This document shows positions 9,925 to 18,028 of a stretch of DNA of 64,000 nt, piece by piece. Origin of the DNA: Parcubacteria bacterium C7867-006. GTDB lineage: Bacteria; Patescibacteriota; Minisyncoccia; Phycocordibacterales; DATDWN01. The stretch's first letter is position 1. Each line of letters begins with the position of its first letter. The notes beneath the pieces were generated by a model. It ran no database searches. It saw nothing but the letters and a program-made list of their open reading frames with translations, and was not told the origin of the DNA. The translations under genes and the position numbers were made by a program. The DNA is taken from contig LFCP01000001.1 of assembly GCA_001189155.1 (NCBI GenBank), forward strand, positions 23,160-87,159, read 5' to 3'.

Positions 9925-10881
9925 ATGGCTTCTTTAAAGCAGTTAAAACAACAATTTCTTGAATATATAGAGATAGAAAGAGGACGTTCGGTGAAAACTG
10001 TTGAAAATTACGACCACTACCTTAGTCGTTTTTTTGAATTTATAAAAACAGACAAGCCAGAGGAGATAAAAGATGAGGTTGTGCGACAATTCAGACTTTG
10101 GCTCAACCGCCAACCAACAGGAAATACCAAAGTTCCAAATGAAACTCTCTCTAGAAAAACTCAAAACTACTATCTTATTGCAGTTAGAGCTTTTCTTAAA
10201 TATCTAGCAAGGCAGGAAATCAAATCACTTCCAGCCGAAAGGATAGAGTTAGCAAAAGTCGGAGAACGTTCACTCGATCTTATTACCGAAACAGAGCTTA
10301 ACCGTCTCCTCAATTCTCCAAAAGGTACTGATTTAAAAGATTTAAGAGATAAAGCCATTCTAGAGCTTCTTTTTTCTACCGGTTTACGAGTTTCAGAGCT
10401 ATGTTCCCTTACATCAGATATTGATTTAAGCTCTGACGAAATAAGTATCCGAGGAAAAGGAGGAAAAGTTAGAGTGGTATTTATTTCAGACGAAGCAAAA
10501 AGGCATTTAAGAGCATATCTTTCTGCTAGAAAAGATATGAATGAAGCTTTGTTTGTTCAAGTTGGTGTTGAAATAAAGAAAAAATCAATCCAGAGCAAAA
10601 ACGGAGTTAAGAAAAATGGAGAAAAAGAAATCGGAGCCTTAACTAAGCGTTCTATAGAGAGAATTGTAAAACAACACGCCACAAAAGCTGGTATTTCTAA
10701 AAAAGTTACCCCGCATACCATAAGACACCTTTTTGCTACAGGGCTTCTTTCAAATGGTGCAGATATTCGGTCAGTTCAAGCAATGCTTGGACATTCGAGT
10801 ATTGTCACAACACAGATATATACTCATGTTACTGATAAACATTTAAAAGATATTCACAAGAAGTTTCATAAAAAGAACTAA
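9925..10881 (+). CDS. XerC/XerD-family tyrosine recombinase
   Basis: STGLRVSEL, GKGGKVR, HTIRHLFAT, LGHSSIVTTQIYTHV catalytic residues. Confidence 0.93.
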   Translation: MASLKQLKQQFLEYIEIERGRSVKTVENYDHYLSRFFEFIKTDKPEEIKDEVVRQFRLWLNRQPTGNTKVPNETLSRKTQNYYLIAVRAFLKYLARQEIKSLPAERIELAKVGERSLDLITETELNRLLNSPKGTDLKDLRDKAILELLFSTGLRVSELCSLTSDIDLSSDEISIRGKGGKVRVVFISDEAKRHLRAYLSARKDMNEALFVQVGVEIKKKSIQSKNGVKKNGEKEIGALTKRSIERIVKQHATKAGISKKVTPHTIRHLFATGLLSNGADIRSVQAMLGHSSIVTTQIYTHVTDKHLKDIHKKFHKKN

Positions 10882-10898
10882 GTTGATACAATAACTTT

Positions 10899-11696
10899 AT
10901 GAAAATTATCTCTTGGAATGTTAATGGAATAAGAGCAGTTCATAAAAAAGACCTATTTGTGCCTTTTGTTGAAAAATACAAGCCGGATTTGCTTTGTTTG
11001 CAGGAAACTAAGGCACAGGAATATCAAAGTGAAGTAGATTTGCCAGAATATGAGGAATATTGGAACTCTGCAGAAAGAAAAGGTTATAGTGGTACAGCTA
11101 TATTTACCAAAGAAAAACCCCTCTCTATATTACTAGGTTTGCCAGAGAAGATTACTAAAAAATATGATTGGAATGAAAACGGATATGGTGATCCAAATAC
11201 AGAGGGTCGTGTTACTACTTTGGAATACAATGATTTCTACATAGTGACTGTCTATACTCCGAACGCAAAAGATGACCTCTCTCGCCTATCTCTTCGTCAC
11301 AAACAATGGGACCCAGCTTTTCTGGCTTATGTTAAAGAGTTAGATAAAAAGAAACCAGTTATATTTTGTGGAGATTTAAATGTTGCTCACACAGAAGATG
11401 ATCTTGCTAGACCAAAAGATAATATTGGTAAAAAAGGTTTTACAAATGAAGAACGCGAAGGAATACAGAAAATGATAGATGAAAATTTTGTAGATACTTT
11501 TAGAATTTTTACAAAAGGAAACGGGTATTACACATGGTGGAGTCATTTTGCAAACGCTCGAGAAAGAAATATTGGTTGGAGAATTGATTATATTTTTGTT
11601 AGTAAAAGACTAGAAGGAAAAGTCAAAAAAGCGTTGATACATAAGGATGTTTTTGGTTCTGACCACTGCCCTGTTGAGTTAGATATTTCTATATAA
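10899..11696 (+). CDS. xth: Exodeoxyribonuclease III (AP endonuclease)
   Basis: SWNVNGIRA, LQETK, GDLNVAH, GWRIDY, SDHCP. Confidence 0.95.
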   Translation: MKIISWNVNGIRAVHKKDLFVPFVEKYKPDLLCLQETKAQEYQSEVDLPEYEEYWNSAERKGYSGTAIFTKEKPLSILLGLPEKITKKYDWNENGYGDPNTEGRVTTLEYNDFYIVTVYTPNAKDDLSRLSLRHKQWDPAFLAYVKELDKKKPVIFCGDLNVAHTEDDLARPKDNIGKKGFTNEEREGIQKMIDENFVDTFRIFTKGNGYYTWWSHFANARERNIGWRIDYIFVSKRLEGKVKKALIHKDVFGSDHCPVELDISI

Positions 11697-12053
11697 GACT
11701 TAAAATAATTTAAGGTTATCCACACATTTGTCTCACATTGTCCTTTACTTGTCTTTTAAAAAAACATAAAATGAATTTCAGAACGAGATTATAAATTCGA
11801 TAAACCCCGGATGGACATTCTCAATTGTTCTTTCATATTGTGCTTGAGAGGTGCGCACCTCTCCCCTTGGAAGACACTTTCTGGTTAAGGTGGTGTTGTT
11901 CGATCAACTCATCCCCAACCTTATCTATATTTTTTAGCTTGTGATGCTGTTATCCGCATCATTCTTTGCTGGAGTGATCTTTCTCTCTTCAACCGCCCAA
12001 TGACGAGTGCCTGTGTAAAGATAACACACGGACCCCCTTTATTGGGCGGTTTT

Positions 12054-13520
12054 TTATTTAACGTGATGACTAGAACGGATTTTTTTGATTTCCTCTTCGT
12101 CAGCTTCTTCTTTAGACATTTTACCTTTTTCTCCAAGTGCCTCAAGTTCCTTAATCGGTAAATTAACTAGTATTTTAGCCTTATTTTCCAAATATTCAGC
12201 TGTATTTTTTTTTGGATCTTCTAAAACTTCCTCTAGTAACGCATGCAAAATATAACCAATTTTGGGTCCTGGAGTAATTTCTGTAACTTCCATTATTTTT
12301 TTACCATCAATCTTTAACATTCCAACAGAAATTGGGTCACGAAGAGCCTCTTCTATCATCGCATGATATTTTCGGAGACGGTAGGGGTCTTCTTTGGGTC
12401 TACCAGTCCCTATACGGTCGCATATGCGTAGATTCATCAAATCCCATATATTCTCTCGTCCAACATTTACAATCATTCTACGGACCGCTGAGAGCGTTAT
12501 TTGCTCTGTGTCAGAAAAGAACATATGCCAACGGACCATATTGGTAACTTTTTCAATAATTTTTGTTGGATATTTGAGATTCGTAAGGATTTTTTTTGTA
12601 GTTCTTGCTCCAAGTACTTCATGACCATAAAAAGTCCAAGTATCTTGTTCTTTCCCCCATCTTCTAGATTCCGGTTTAGAAATATCGTGGAATAGAGCCG
12701 CCAAACGGAGATCTAGGGGGTATTTTTTATCAGCAGCTCCCTGCAAAGAACGTAGTAAATGTTCCCAAACATGATATGAGTGTGCCCTGTTTTGCTCTAC
12801 TCCCACAGTTTTTTCTAATTCAGGAACAATGTAAGGTAATAAACCTAGTTTTTTTATGGCCAATAAACCATCCATTGGTCTATCGGACATAATTATTTTT
12901 GTGAATTCATCTCTTACTCTCTCCATTGAGATGTTTTTCAAGAGCTCTGCATTTTCAAATATAGCTTTTTCAGTGTTAGCTTCTATTTCAAAGCCTAATT
13001 CAGCTGAAAATCTAACTGCACGCAGTATTCGAAGACCATCTTCCTTAAAACGACTAACAGAATCCCCTACAGTTCTGATTATTTTATTTTCTATGTCATT
13101 TTGTCCCCCAAATAGGTCAATTATCTCTTTTTTTGATGTAGAGTAAGCCAAAGAGTTCATTGTGAAGTCCCTTCTTTTTAGATCATCTTCTATTTTTTGG
13201 CTAAAAATAACGGTATCAGGGTGTCTATTGTCGGAATATTCCCCTTCTATTCTGTATGGAGTAACTTCAATAACAGTAAGGGTTGGATCAGTTGTTTCCT
13301 CGTTTACAACCCCGACTGTTCCAAAGGTATTTTCGTAAAAAGTCTTTGGAAATAAAGCGATAATCTCATCTGGTTTTGCATTTGTTGTAATATCCCAATC
13401 CTTTGGAGTTTTATTTAACAAAAGATCTCTTACGCATCCACCTACGACAAAAGCCTCAAAACCATCTTTTTCAAGTTGCTCTGTTACATATGAAACTTCT
13501 GTTGGAATTGAGAATGTCAT
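12054..13520 (-). CDS. cca: CCA tRNA nucleotidyltransferase with HD domain
   Basis: VGGCVRDLL, DWDITT, DLKRRDFTMN, EDGLRILRAVRF, LFHDISKP. Confidence 0.9.
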   Translation of the reverse strand: MTFSIPTEVSYVTEQLEKDGFEAFVVGGCVRDLLLNKTPKDWDITTNAKPDEIIALFPKTFYENTFGTVGVVNEETTDPTLTVIEVTPYRIEGEYSDNRHPDTVIFSQKIEDDLKRRDFTMNSLAYSTSKKEIIDLFGGQNDIENKIIRTVGDSVSRFKEDGLRILRAVRFSAELGFEIEANTEKAIFENAELLKNISMERVRDEFTKIIMSDRPMDGLLAIKKLGLLPYIVPELEKTVGVEQNRAHSYHVWEHLLRSLQGAADKKYPLDLRLAALFHDISKPESRRWGKEQDTWTFYGHEVLGARTTKKILTNLKYPTKIIEKVTNMVRWHMFFSDTEQITLSAVRRMIVNVGRENIWDLMNLRICDRIGTGRPKEDPYRLRKYHAMIEEALRDPISVGMLKIDGKKIMEVTEITPGPKIGYILHALLEEVLEDPKKNTAEYLENKAKILVNLPIKELEALGEKGKMSKEEADEEEIKKIRSSHHVK

Positions 13521-13573
13521 TTAAGTTTAATTATAGACCACTTTGTAGATTTATAGTATAGTAGTTTACTAAT

Positions 13574-13645
13574 GCACCCGTAGCTCAACGGATAGAGTAC
13601 CGGTCTTCGGAACCGTGGATGTGGGTTCGATTCCTGCCGGGTGCA
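13574..13645 (+). tRNA. tRNA-Arg(TCG)
   Basis: Cloverleaf GCACCCG/CGGGTGC, anticodon loop CTTCGGA, GGTTCGATTCC T-arm. Confidence 0.92.
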
Positions 13646-13659
13646 CAATTTGTTTTTAT

Positions 13660-13797
13660 AGTGCGGGATACACGACTCGGAAACCCAAGGTTTTCCGACG
13701 CTCGTTTCACTCGCTGCCTTCCTCCACGGAAAACTACCGTTTTCCGACCCTTTCCCACCGCTACCCACACAAAACATTCGCTATGCTCATTTATTTG
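13660..13797 (-). repeat. Structured trailer element downstream of tRNA-Gly(GCC)
   Basis: Homologous to 16704-16940; shares GGGTCGG-hairpin-GTGGAGGAAGG core and TCCCGCACT end. Confidence 0.7.
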
Positions 13798-13868
13798 TGC
13801 GGGTAGCGGTAATCGAAACCGCGTCTCGTCCTTGGCAAGGACGTGTTCTACCACTAAACCATACCCGC
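13798..13868 (-). tRNA. tRNA-Gly(GCC)
   Basis: GCGGGTA/TACCCGC acceptor, GTCCT-TGCCA-AGGAC anticodon region. Confidence 0.92.
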
Positions 13869-13920
13869 AATATTTGAACTTTATCATCATATACTAAAGC
13901 TTTTAAAATTAAAAGAGGTG

Positions 13921-13960
13921 GACTTATCCCCTAGTTTTTGTGGAAAACTGTGGATAAGTC
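13921..13960. promoter_or_regulatory. DnaA-box cluster
   Basis: Perfect TGTGGATAA at 13949-13957, near-matches TGTGGAAAA 13939-13947 and TTATCCCCT 13924-13932. Confidence 0.5.
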
Positions 13961-14106
13961 TGGGGACATGTGTATTAAAGACAGGTCTTTGACTAGTGTC
14001 AATTTTTGAGACATTTCTCTGTCTCTATCCGAGATATGGCTCTAAATAAGGTTATTTTTACAGACATATGTCTCTATTCTGTCTGTTTTTTAGAAATATA
14101 GATAAA

Positions 14107-14147
14107 TGTTTCACGTGAAATATATAAATAAGGTTACATGTGTAACA
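14107..14147. other. parS-like centromere sites
   Basis: TGTTTCACGTGAAATA (15/16 to TGTTTCACGTGAAACA) at 14107-14122 and GGTTACATGTGTAACA at 14132-14147. Confidence 0.7.
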
Positions 14148-14173
14148 ACCAGGGTTAGAGTTATAATATAGCA

Positions 14174-14632
14174 ATGTATAACAAAAACTTCTTCAAAGAA
14201 CCAACAGAAAAACAAAAAATTGGCCAGATAGGGGAAGATTCTGCTTGTAAATGGCTAGAAAAGGAGGGTTACAGGGTTATTGAGAGGAACTATCTAAAGA
14301 AGTGGGGAGAGATAGATATTGTTGCCACAAAGGGAAATAAGATCCATTTTATTGAGGTCAAAAGTGTTTCTAGAAACTTATCTGATGTTACACATGTAAC
14401 CTCAGTAGCAGAGCAGAGCTCGCTAATGGGCAGGCAATCAGAGGGGGATTATAGGGCAGAGGATAATATGCATCCATGGAAACTAAAAAGGTTGGGCAGG
14501 GCAGTTCAATCATATTTTCTGGATAGAAATGTTTCAGATGAAACAGATTGGCAGTTTGATATTGTAACTGTTCATATAGATATGTCTAAAAGACTAAGTC
14601 GTGTCTTTTTTATTCCAGATATTGTTTTATAG
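14174..14632 (+). CDS. yraN: YraN family (UPF0102) PD-(D/E)xK protein
   Basis: GQIGED, IERNY, GEIDIVA, FIEVKS, QFDIV. Confidence 0.9.
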   Translation: MYNKNFFKEPTEKQKIGQIGEDSACKWLEKEGYRVIERNYLKKWGEIDIVATKGNKIHFIEVKSVSRNLSDVTHVTSVAEQSSLMGRQSEGDYRAEDNMHPWKLKRLGRAVQSYFLDRNVSDETDWQFDIVTVHIDMSKRLSRVFFIPDIVL

Positions 14633-14691
14633 GCTTTTTATTTGTTATTTGAATTTTTTGTGATAGACTCTATTCTGTATTTGTCGGTATT

Positions 14692-14910
14692 CGGAGTGTA
14701 GTGTAACGGCTAACATTCCTTTTTGGGGAAGTGATCTTTGAAAATTGCGTCGGAGTGTAGTGTAACGGCTAACATTCCTGTTTTGGGAACAGGCGACTCC
14801 GGGTTCGAATCCCGGCACTCCGACGGAATTTTTAAAATCAATTCCAGAAACATGTTATGTTTCTGTGGTCCGCAGGAAGGCGACTCCGGGTTCGAATCCC
14901 GGCACTCCGA
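14692..14910 (+). tRNA. Split/interrupted tRNA-Pro(GGG): 5' half 14692-14729, 3' half 14876-14910
   Basis: Both halves match the inner tRNA-Pro except anticodon arm CCTTT-TTGGGGA and GAAGG; functionality unknown. Confidence 0.5.
14751..14823 (+). tRNA. tRNA-Pro(TGG)
   Basis: CGGAGTG/CACTCCG acceptor, CCTGT-TTTGGGA-ACAGG anticodon arm, GGTTCGAATCC. Confidence 0.93.
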
Positions 14911-14919
14911 CAATTTAAA

Positions 14920-15225
14920 ATGGTTTTTATTCGTAAAACTGAAGATTTTACTTGCGAGCATTGCGGATTTTTTGTAGAAGGCAATGGTTACACTAATCAC
15001 TGTCCTCAATGCCTGTATTCAAAACATGTTGATATAAACCCTGGAGATAGGTTGGCTACTTGTGGGGGATTGATGAAACCTATTGGAATAGAAAAGAAAG
15101 GTAAAGAATATATAATTAAACACAAATGTGTTAAATGTGGTTTTGAAAAACCAAATAAGGCAGTAAAGGAGGATAGTTTTGATATGATAGTTCAGATTTC
15201 TGCCAGCAGTCTTTCGAAGATTTAG
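14920..15225 (+). CDS. RNHCP domain zinc-binding protein
   Basis: FTCEHCG, TNHCPQCLYSKHVD.PGDR, CGGLM, HKCVKCG. Confidence 0.88.
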   Translation: MVFIRKTEDFTCEHCGFFVEGNGYTNHCPQCLYSKHVDINPGDRLATCGGLMKPIGIEKKGKEYIIKHKCVKCGFEKPNKAVKEDSFDMIVQISASSLSKI

Positions 15226-15412
15226 TTTTCCAGAGACTGCGGAAGTAATTAGCAATTAACGACGAAGATAAAGTAAGCCCGAAGCATTGTTTGAGCACTA
15301 GTAATCTAGGCGAGTTTGCGAGAGGGCTACGTATCGAGAAGATTAATTGCTTGATTGCTGAGCGAGAGGAAAATTCTAGCAAGAATTTATCCGTGCTCTG
15401 GAAAACTAAATC
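15219..15412. repeat. Palindromic intergenic element (family II)
   Basis: 17-bp perfect terminal IR GATTTAGTTTTCCAGAG, nested inner IRs, core shared with 38091-38204. Confidence 0.75.
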
Positions 15413-15418
15413 GGAGTA

Positions 15419-16546
15419 TTATTTATTTAACTCGTCGGTTATTAGTTTTGTTAGTTCTGGTGCTGTGGTGCTTGCAAACATTTTTGCAAAATCTCCTGGA
15501 TCCTGAGATAGGAATTGAGCAAAATTAATTTTCAGCTCTCTTTGTAGGTCTCTGTTTATGTATGCGAGAGTTATAGCATTTAAACCTCTTTGGCTTGTTG
15601 TATCTCCGTCTGAACTAGTAGATATAACACCTATGAGTGTAGCTTTTTTATCAACTACGAGTCCTCCAGATGAGCCCTTTTGAGAAACAATTGTGCCTCC
15701 GACCGAAATAATATCAATAGTTCCATCTTTGAAAGTATAAACATCTTGAATATTTGTTATTGAGCTTGTTATATTCAGATTTTGCAGTATTGATAATCCA
15801 CCTAAAAATCCAGCAGGGTAGGAGACAAGTATTACTGGTTCATTTATCTCTATATTTTCACGAACATTCATAGTTATAAACGGTAACTGCTCTGGAAGGT
15901 TTGAGTTGTCTATCATTTTTGTTATTCGCAAGAAAGCAAAATCATCTTCGCCCGTACCTTTTGGATTTTGTTCTTTTAGTTCTGTTTTGTTATTTGCTAC
16001 CCAAGTAGGGGATATGTAAACCAGTTCCAAGTTGTATGTTGGGTATGCGGGGCTTCCTGTTCTAGCAACACATTGAATAAAATCTTTTTCTCTATAATCT
16101 TTTAGTAATAAATATTGTGCTACGTGTGCGTTGGTTAATATAAGACCGTTCGGTTCAACTATGGCTCCGGTCCCAGATATTGGGTTTAACTCTCCACCTT
16201 TCGTTGTACACAAAATATTCACTGTAGCTTTTCTAGCAAAAGTGTTTATTGCTTCAAAATCTGGTGTAGGTTCAGGAGCTTTTGGGATTTGGGGTTGGAC
16301 AACTACTTCCGGTGTTGTTTTTTGAACCTCTGCCGGCTTTTTTACTGTAGTTTTTTTAGTCTCTGTTGTAGTGGGTTTGGTGTCTTTTATTGTTTTTATT
16401 ATTGAAGATGTTGCTATCGCAATTGTGTTTGTTGTGGTTGCTTGGATAGAAATAGGTTCTTCTGGAGCAACATACACTTTAGTGTTTGTTCCTCCCAGAA
16501 ACATTAAGTGGGCCAATATGAAAGATATGACTGTTTTAATAAACAT
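15419..16546 (-). CDS. Secreted trypsin-like serine protease
   Basis: Signal/TM, T/P-rich linker, LTNAHV (His), DDFAFL (Asp), GSSGG (Ser). Confidence 0.85.
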   Translation of the reverse strand: MFIKTVISFILAHLMFLGGTNTKVYVAPEEPISIQATTTNTIAIATSSIIKTIKDTKPTTTETKKTTVKKPAEVQKTTPEVVVQPQIPKAPEPTPDFEAINTFARKATVNILCTTKGGELNPISGTGAIVEPNGLILTNAHVAQYLLLKDYREKDFIQCVARTGSPAYPTYNLELVYISPTWVANNKTELKEQNPKGTGEDDFAFLRITKMIDNSNLPEQLPFITMNVRENIEINEPVILVSYPAGFLGGLSILQNLNITSSITNIQDVYTFKDGTIDIISVGGTIVSQKGSSGGLVVDKKATLIGVISTSSDGDTTSQRGLNAITLAYINRDLQRELKINFAQFLSQDPGDFAKMFASTTAPELTKLITDELNK

Positions 16547-16632
16547 TGGTTAATTATAGCACTTTAGTTATAGTACTCATTTGATAGAGGATTTATTTTC
16601 TGGTATGATGGCCTAGTTGAGATAGTGAATAT

Positions 16633-16703
16633 GCGGGATTAGTTTATCGGTAAAACGACAGTTTTCCAAACTGTAGTGAGCGGTTCGACTCCGCTATCCC
16701 GCA
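16633..16703 (+). tRNA. tRNA-Gly(TCC)
   Basis: GCGGGAT/ATCCCGC acceptor, ACAGT-TTTCCAA-ACTGT anticodon arm, GGTTCGACTCC. Confidence 0.92.
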
Positions 16704-16940
16704 CAGACGAAAGGCCCCTCGAAAGAGGCGGCCTTTCGCTTTTAGCGGGATAGCGGAGAGAGGGGTCGGGAGAGGATACTCTCCCGTGGAGGAAGGTGAG
16801 GTTGGGATGGGACCCAACCGCAAGACCTTTTTCAGGTATTTTATGAGCAGAGCGAAATAAAATACCGAAAAGGTGTACTGCTCCTGTAAGGAGGGGAGTA
16901 TTTAAAACCGCCGGTTTCCCAGCCCGCGTATTCCCGCACT
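16704..16940 (+). repeat. Structured trailer element downstream of tRNA-Gly(TCC)
   Basis: GC-rich multi-hairpin; contains antisense copy of tRNA 3' end; homologous to 13660-13797. Confidence 0.7.
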
Positions 16941-16973
16941 TTACAATTATTTTTGTAATGATAAAGTTCGTTT

Positions 16974-17594
16974 ATGTTAACAGCAACAAGTACAGAATTT
17001 ATACTCCTTTCTCGTCAGGTAGATTATTTGAATAATTCATTTAATTGGGTTGTGGGTGGAATTGGTGTAGTAATTACAATTGTAATTGGAGTTATTGGTC
17101 TGACCCAGTTTTTTTACAATAGAAAATTGATTTCACAAGAATCAGAGGTAATAAAGAAAGATCTTGCTGATGTTGTAAATAAGATAGTGGACGATAAGGC
17201 GCTAAGTTTGCAATCATTTATCGAGGAAAGCATTGCAGATGTAAGGATGGAGTTGGAACTTCAAAAGAAATCAATGGGAGGTGATATTGCAAGAAGTTAC
17301 GCTCTTTCGTGTGAAAAAGATGATCTTCATGCCACTGCATTTAATTGGTGGCTTTCTGCTGCAGAAAATTATGATTCTAGAAATAATGGTTTGTTGCCAA
17401 TGACTATTAAATCAGCAAAAGATTGTCTGGAAAAGATAGTAGCCGGTGATAGTTTTAATATAAAAATATTGTGGGATAAAATGACAGATAATCAGGAAAA
17501 AATAGCTAGACTAAAAATAAAGCACCCCACAGAGGCAAAATTACTTGAAGATTTAATGATGGCGAAAGCTAGTCTTTCAGAAACAAAACTTTAA
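16974..17594 (+). CDS. Hypothetical membrane-anchored protein
   Basis: 206-aa ORF with N-terminal TM helix and helical C-terminus. Confidence 0.7.
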   Translation: MLTATSTEFILLSRQVDYLNNSFNWVVGGIGVVITIVIGVIGLTQFFYNRKLISQESEVIKKDLADVVNKIVDDKALSLQSFIEESIADVRMELELQKKSMGGDIARSYALSCEKDDLHATAFNWWLSAAENYDSRNNGLLPMTIKSAKDCLEKIVAGDSFNIKILWDKMTDNQEKIARLKIKHPTEAKLLEDLMMAKASLSETKL

Positions 17595-17602
17595 TATTTA
17601 AC

Positions 17603-17639
17603 CAATCAAAAAAGAGCTCAATTGAGCTCTTTTTTGATT
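17603..17639. terminator. Bidirectional intrinsic terminator
   Basis: AATCAAAAAAGAGCTCAATTGAGCTCTTTTTTGATT palindrome between convergent genes. Confidence 0.8.
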
Positions 17640-17656
17640 TCTCTCGAGAGAAATGT

Positions 17657-17929
17657 CTATTTTACGGCCTCCTTCAAAGCCTTAGCAGCTCTGAATTTCG
17701 GAACCTTCATTGAAGGAACTGAGATAGTCTCTCCAGTTCTAGGGTTTCGAGCCTGTCTTGCAGCTCGAGTCTTTGTTGAGAAGATACCTAGACCAGCTAT
17801 TGATACCTCACCACCTTTTTTAAGTGTTGAGACAATTGAGTCGATCATTGTATCTACAACCTCCTCCGCCTGAACTTTCGTACCACCTAGTTTCGCATGT
17901 ACTGCGTCAACAATTGCTTGTTTATTCAT
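17657..17929 (-). CDS. hup: HU family DNA-binding protein
   Basis: MNKQAIVD, GLGIF, RQARNPRTGE, PKFRAAKALKEAVK. Confidence 0.95.
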   Translation of the reverse strand: MNKQAIVDAVHAKLGGTKVQAEEVVDTMIDSIVSTLKKGGEVSIAGLGIFSTKTRAARQARNPRTGETISVPSMKVPKFRAAKALKEAVK

Positions 17930-18028
17930 GATGATAAAAATTAACTACACTTATAAATCCATACCTTATCTATAAAGGTATTATATATTAAGGCTTTTTT
18001 AACGCAACATCTAGACAAATGTCAATTT

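Noticed and set aside
9925-10881. Tyrosine recombinase as integron integrase for the adjacent GC-rich cassette
   Set aside because: Looks like an ordinary XerC/D. I saw no IntI-specific motif and no attC (RYYYAAC...GTTRRRY) pairs around the cassettes, which carry their own promoters
13517-15009. Short overlapping ORFs across the tRNA genes
   Set aside because: They overlap tRNAs and structured repeats; shadow ORFs
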